A stretch of DNA of 32,000 nucleotides, from contig NZ_AP019769.1 of assembly GCF_023169545.1 (NCBI RefSeq), positions 570,001 through 602,000 on the forward strand, given 5' to 3'. Source of the stretch: Nanobdella aerobiophila (GTDB taxonomy: Archaea > Nanobdellota > Nanobdellia > Nanobdellales > Nanobdellaceae). The first letter of the stretch is position 1. Every line of letters begins with the position of its first letter. The notes beneath the pieces were generated by a model, which worked only from the letters and a program-made list of their open reading frames with translations, was not told the DNA's origin and made no database searches. This document shows positions 27,472 through 32,000 of this stretch, piece by piece. Both the position numbers and the translations under genes were made by a program.

Positions 27472-30198
27472 TTATATTAATAATAATCCAGATATTATTG
27501 CAATAATTATCGCTAAAACATTATAATTTTCTGATGCGACTATAGATCCTGCAGAATTCGTATATCCTTGTACACTCAATATATATTCCCCATTTCCTAT
27601 ATAATCATTATTTGCATTAAAACCTATATCCAACTCTGAATAACCAGGATTAAATGGCAATACGGAAAATTGTAGTATATATGACTGATTTGGTTGTAAT
27701 TGATTAATATATACTTCTTTAGTAGTATATAATGGAATATTATTAAATAGAACTTCAGGATTCTGTCCTATTTGATCTATATACATAGTAATATTATTTA
27801 ATGTGATATTACCTATATTGGTTATATTCAATATTAAATTATAATCTGGTTTATCTAATTCAAAATCTAAAGTATTATTATTTATAGGATATGATATAGT
27901 ACTATTATACTTTATATATGCTTGTAATTGGATTATTCCATAATACACTTCAGTTAATGTACCCTGCTGATATATAATATTCTCATTTGAGCATAAATTA
28001 ACATTACTACATGCACTAATATATACATTTAAAATATTGGAAGGGTTATATGGAATTTGAATTATTGCTGAATTTTGATTATAATATGTATTTGAATATC
28101 CGTTATTTGTTGTTATAGTTATGTTCTTTATACCTGATAATGCATAACTAGAGATATTTAAATATAAATAATCATTATTATTTATTACAGTTGAATTAAT
28201 TAAATTTGTATTTATTATTGGAGGGTTATTATCTATATAAACATTATCTGTTGTATTTTCTATACATCCATTATTATTACATGCTAATAATGTTAAATTA
28301 TATATACCTGCCCTAGATAATATATAATTAAAATTATAATATTGTAAAGGTGAGGAAAAATTTTCTTGATATGCAACATTATTATTTAATAATATTGTTA
28401 GATTTTCTGGATAAGATATATTAGAATATAATTCTATTCCAGTAGTCCAGGTTCCTGGAGTATAATTATTACTATTTTGTAAATTTTGCAGATAATAATC
28501 ATTAATATAGGGAGAGCTATTTATATATTGATTGGAATTAAAAAGATTAGATTTAATTATATTAATATCGCAAGATCCTATAGATATAGTTATGTTAGTA
28601 GTAGAGTAGAGTAAAGGTATCAAAACAGAATTTCCGACATTGCAGGAGTTTATGTCCGCAAGAAGATCAGGAGATGAATCAAAGACATCTAGATTAGAGA
28701 TCGAATTATCTTGAATCGTGGAAGAAGCCATATATAAACCATAATCTGCGCCGGAGACACCCGACGAACCCGCATTTATCATATAGTTAGCGTTAGATAT
28801 ATTGTAAATATAAATATTTATATTAGAAAATATATTATTCTCTAAATAAGAATAATCAGAAATAAGATATAGTCCATAATTTGTATTGTAGATATTTATG
28901 TTTGAAAAAGAGTTGCTATCTAGATAAGAATAAAGCACTACCACTGGTGAATTGGCATAAGATAATAAGTATAGTCCATAATTTGTATTGTAGATATTTA
29001 TGTTTGAAAAAGAGTTGCTATCTACATATGAGTAAGCAGAACCCGAATAAGAATAAAGATATAGTGCGTAATCAGCATTATATACAGTTATATTAGAAAA
29101 AGAATTGCTATTTATTTCGGAATAGTAAGAACCAGAAGGATAAAAGTATAATCCATAATTTGTATTGTAGATATTTATGTTTGAAAAAGAGTTGCTATCT
29201 ACATATGAGAAAGTATAAAAATATATATAAATTCCATAGTTAGAATTATATACAGTTATATTAGAAAAACCATTACTTTCTAAATAAGACACTGAAAAGC
29301 CGTTGCTGCTCGGGCTATAAACTTGGAGGTATATTCCATAACTTAAACTGAATACATTTATGGTAAAAAATTCGTTATTTTCTAGATAAGCATAAGAACC
29401 TGCATTAGAGTATAGATATATTCCGTTAGAAGAATTATATATGATTATATTATAGAATTTATTAACATCTACAGATGTATTTGTATTCCCATGAGAATAT
29501 AGATATATTCCGTTAGAAGAATTATATATGGTTATATTAGAAAATGTATTATTGTCTATATAAGCATAAGAATAAGCACTGGAATAATCTGAAAAAGAGT
29601 GGGCATTAGAGTATAGATATATTCCGTTAGAAGAATTATATATGGTTATATTAGAAAATGTATTATTGTCTATATAAGCATAAGAATAAGCATCGGAATA
29701 ATATGAAATAGAATTAGAATAAGAGTATAGATATATTCCGTTAGAAGAATTATATATGGTTATATTAGAAAATGTATTATTGTCTATATAAGCATAAGAA
29801 TAAGCATTAGGATAACCTGTAGAAGAATAAGCATTAGAATAGAAATATATACTGTATTCTATATTTTGAAAACTTACAAAACTTACATTTATATAACTTA
29901 TGATAAACAAATCTCCATTACTCGAGGTACCTTGATAGTAATAAATTCCGTAATTGCTATCATTCGCGCCCTGTCCAATTATATAATACCCGTTTCCATT
30001 AATAATAACATTACTAGTAGTTATATTTATACATGCGTTACCAGAACCTGTCACTGTTAAATTCTTAGTTAAATAATAATAACCAGGAGAACTAATCGTA
30101 AAACCACAAGAACTTATGGGTGTAGCAGAAAATACTTTAAAATTCACTAAAAGTAAAAGGCTAACCAATGATAATAAATATTTATATATTTTATTCAT
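27472..30198 (-). CDS. Large secreted beta-helix-repeat surface protein with Ig-like stalk and C-terminal TM
   Basis: Signal peptide MNKIYKYLLSLVSLLLLVNFKVFSA; repeating (SYxDSNSFSNINIYNTNYGLYLYS)n; C-terminal module homologous to the 13809..17576 protein. Confidence 0.85.
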   Translation of the reverse strand: MNKIYKYLLSLVSLLLLVNFKVFSATPISSCGFTISSPGYYYLTKNLTVTGSGNACINITTSNVIINGNGYYIIGQGANDSNYGIYYYQGTSSNGDLFIISYINVSFVSFQNIEYSIYFYSNAYSSTGYPNAYSYAYIDNNTFSNITIYNSSNGIYLYSYSNSISYYSDAYSYAYIDNNTFSNITIYNSSNGIYLYSNAHSFSDYSSAYSYAYIDNNTFSNITIYNSSNGIYLYSHGNTNTSVDVNKFYNIIIYNSSNGIYLYSNAGSYAYLENNEFFTINVFSLSYGIYLQVYSPSSNGFSVSYLESNGFSNITVYNSNYGIYIYFYTFSYVDSNSFSNINIYNTNYGLYFYPSGSYYSEINSNSFSNITVYNADYALYLYSYSGSAYSYVDSNSFSNINIYNTNYGLYLLSYANSPVVVLYSYLDSNSFSNINIYNTNYGLYLISDYSYLENNIFSNINIYIYNISNANYMINAGSSGVSGADYGLYMASSTIQDNSISNLDVFDSSPDLLADINSCNVGNSVLIPLLYSTTNITISIGSCDINIIKSNLFNSNQYINSSPYINDYYLQNLQNSNNYTPGTWTTGIELYSNISYPENLTILLNNNVAYQENFSSPLQYYNFNYILSRAGIYNLTLLACNNNGCIENTTDNVYIDNNPPIINTNLINSTVINNNDYLYLNISSYALSGIKNITITTNNGYSNTYYNQNSAIIQIPYNPSNILNVYISACSNVNLCSNENIIYQQGTLTEVYYGIIQLQAYIKYNSTISYPINNNTLDFELDKPDYNLILNITNIGNITLNNITMYIDQIGQNPEVLFNNIPLYTTKEVYINQLQPNQSYILQFSVLPFNPGYSELDIGFNANNDYIGNGEYILSVQGYTNSAGSIVASENYNVLAIIIAIISGLLLI
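29498..29806 (-). repeat. Tandem coding repeat, 114-nt period, three copies with an 81-nt near-identical core
   Basis: Core TATAGATATATTCCGTTAGAAGAATTATATATGGTTATATTAGAAAATGTATTATTGTCTATATAAGCATAAGAATAAGC at 29498, 29612 and 29726. Confidence 0.9.
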
Positions 30199-30231
30199 TC
30201 AAAATTTATTAAAAAAAAATCTTATAAATAT

Positions 30232-32000
30232 TTAGTGAACACCTTCTGGAATTCCTTTTCTTTTCCTTATAGAATCTATTATTTGTTGTTGCAAGTCTTT
30301 TGGTACTCTCTCAAATAATTGATCCTCTAAATACCATACTCCTTTACCAGATGTAGTAGACCTTAATTCATCAGTAAATCCAAACATATTTGCTACAGGT
30401 ATCTTAGCTTTTAAAGTAGATCTCTCTTCTTGAACATCCATTTCTAATACCTGTCCTCTCCTAGATTGTAATAATGATGTAACATCACCTACCGTTTCTG
30501 GAGGTGTATCTATTCTTATAATTTGTAATGGTTCAAATAATGCAGGTTGTTCTAATATTGCTTCTTTTATTGAATCTTTAGCTGCAGGAATTATTTGAGC
30601 AGGACCCCTATGTATTGCATCTTCATGTAATACTGCATCAATTAATTTTACTTTCATCATTATTGTTGGCTCCCATGCTAAAGGTCCTTGTTCCATAACT
30701 TCCTTAAATCCTTGTACAATATATTCTATTACTTCTGGTAAATGTACTAAACCTCTAGTCATATCTATCAATACATTTCCATTTTGTACCATAATTATTC
30801 TTCTAGCTTCTTCTTTATCAAAACCAATTTCATTAAATACTTTCCATAAATCTTCTTTTTTTATTCTTCCTTCTTCTATCTTACCTTCCCTTATATATTC
30901 TCTTAATTTTTCATATATATTTGGATCTAAAGGTTCTATCTGGAAATATATTTTATTATGTTTATTTGGAGACTTACCTTCATGTACCTGCGTTTGTTTT
31001 AATACAGATTCTCTATATACAACTATTGGCTCACTTACATTTATAGGAATTCCAAAATCATTTTGAACCCTATATTCTAATATTTGTAAATGTAAGTCTC
31101 CTAAACCTGAAACCAATATCTCTCCTGTATCTTTCTTTTGTTCTACCTTTATTGTTGGATCTTCTCTTCTCATTAATTCTAATGTTTCTATTAATTTTGG
31201 TAAATCATTTGGATTTTTTGGTTCAAATGATTTTGTAACTACAGGATCTAACCAATGTTTTAATTCTTCAAATGTTTCTACTGATTTTGGATCTTGAACT
31301 TTTGCTACAATTGTTTCACCTGGATATAATCCTCTTATACCAACTAAAGCAATAATATTACCAGCTTTAACAGAATCTACATTTAATCTTTGTATACCCT
31401 TCCATATTGCTACTTGCTGTATTTTCACTGGTCTTCCAGCCTGGATTAAATATACATCATCTCCCTTGTTTAATGTTCCCGAAAACATTCTAGCAGTAGC
31501 AATTTCTTGTTTAGATATCTTATCTATAATTACATTTGTAACATTTATAACTAAAGGTCCATTTGGATCTGTATTTTCCATAGCTTTACCAACTTCTGAA
31601 TTTATATTACCTTTCCATATATGTGGGATTCTATATCTTTGAGCTTCTATTGGAGATGGTAGATGATTTATAACCATATCCAAAATTACTTTTGCTACAG
31701 GAGCTTTTTTTCTCATTTCTTCCCTTAATTTTTCCTTATCATTATCGTATTTTGTGTATATATCTATTATATCTTTAAACGAAACATTATTTTTCTTCAT
31801 ATATGGTAATGATAATGCCCAATGAAATTTTGCAGACCCAAATGCTACAGAACCATCTACCACATTTACATTCCATTTACCTTTAAATTCTTGGGGAGTA
31901 TACTTTTCTATCAACCTATTTACTTCTATAACTATATTACCAATTCTTTCCATTATTTGCTGCGGACTTAATTTTAATTCAGTTATTGCTCTATCAGCTT
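30232..32000 (-). CDS. fusA: Translation elongation factor EF-2 (5' end beyond the window)
   Basis: The frame stays open upstream of the ORF-track Met (ADRAITELKLSPQQIMERIGNIV), matching EF-2; DAIHRGPAQIIPA diphthamide-loop region present; C-terminus IRKRKGIPEGVH. Confidence 0.95.
   Translation of the reverse strand, partial: ADRAITELKLSPQQIMERIGNIVIEVNRLIEKYTPQEFKGKWNVNVVDGSVAFGSAKFHWALSLPYMKKNNVSFKDIIDIYTKYDNDKEKLREEMRKKAPVAKVILDMVINHLPSPIEAQRYRIPHIWKGNINSEVGKAMENTDPNGPLVINVTNVIIDKISKQEIATARMFSGTLNKGDDVYLIQAGRPVKIQQVAIWKGIQRLNVDSVKAGNIIALVGIRGLYPGETIVAKVQDPKSVETFEELKHWLDPVVTKSFEPKNPNDLPKLIETLELMRREDPTIKVEQKKDTGEILVSGLGDLHLQILEYRVQNDFGIPINVSEPIVVYRESVLKQTQVHEGKSPNKHNKIYFQIEPLDPNIYEKLREYIREGKIEEGRIKKEDLWKVFNEIGFDKEEARRIIMVQNGNVLIDMTRGLVHLPEVIEYIVQGFKEVMEQGPLAWEPTIMMKVKLIDAVLHEDAIHRGPAQIIPAAKDSIKEAILEQPALFEPLQIIRIDTPPETVGDVTSLLQSRRGQVLEMDVQEERSTLKAKIPVANMFGFTDELRSTTSGKGVWYLEDQLFERVPKDLQQQIIDSIRKRKGIPEGVH

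Noticed and set aside
28881-29096. Plus-strand 71-aa ORF with internal repeats (YCRYLCLKKSCYL twice)
   Set aside because: The repeat is simply the antisense reading of the beta-helix coding repeat, not a separate repeat peptide.
28870-29806. Possible CRISPR array because of regular short repeats
   Set aside because: Repeats are 53-81 nt, in frame within one intact ORF, not palindromic, and the intervening sequence also codes for the same protein repeat pattern.
29866-30060. Plus-strand 64-aa ORF
   Set aside because: Antisense to the N-terminal part of the beta-helix surface gene.
31951-31953. ORF-track start of EF-2 at 31953 as a truncated EF-2 lacking its G domain
   Set aside because: The frame remains open to the window edge with EF-2-like sequence upstream of that Met, so the apparent truncation is a window boundary effect.

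Overview
This is an AT-rich archaeal window. Gene content (SecY, L34e, L14e, L40e, EF-2, FEN1 with a PIP box, archaeal TrpRS/GlyRS, translin, TruD, class III prepilin-like peptides) and the compact layout suggest a DPANN/Nanoarchaeota-type genome; the taxonomy is inference. Most of the window is core housekeeping: ThpR, L40e, site-2 protease, translin, TruD, TrpRS, tRNA-Ser(CGA), SecY/EMC3/L34e/L14e, tRNA-Ala(CGC), FEN1, GlyRS, RNase J-like and EF-2 (5' end beyond the window). The accessory content is: (i) a 562-aa orphan protein followed by a 686-aa endonuclease-IV-like TIM barrel with a large helical insertion, directly upstream of secY; (ii) a HEPN/MNT pair beside tRNA-Ala and a SPOUT methyltransferase remnant; (iii) two giant secreted proteins, one with duplicated DUF2341-like modules and one a repetitive beta-helix, that share a homologous C-terminal Ig/stalk/TM module; (iv) a minimal type IV pilus-like locus next to one of them; and (v) a GT35 alpha-glucan phosphorylase whose expected PLP-binding lysine reads as arginine. 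No CRISPR array, rRNA or recognisable transposase was seen.
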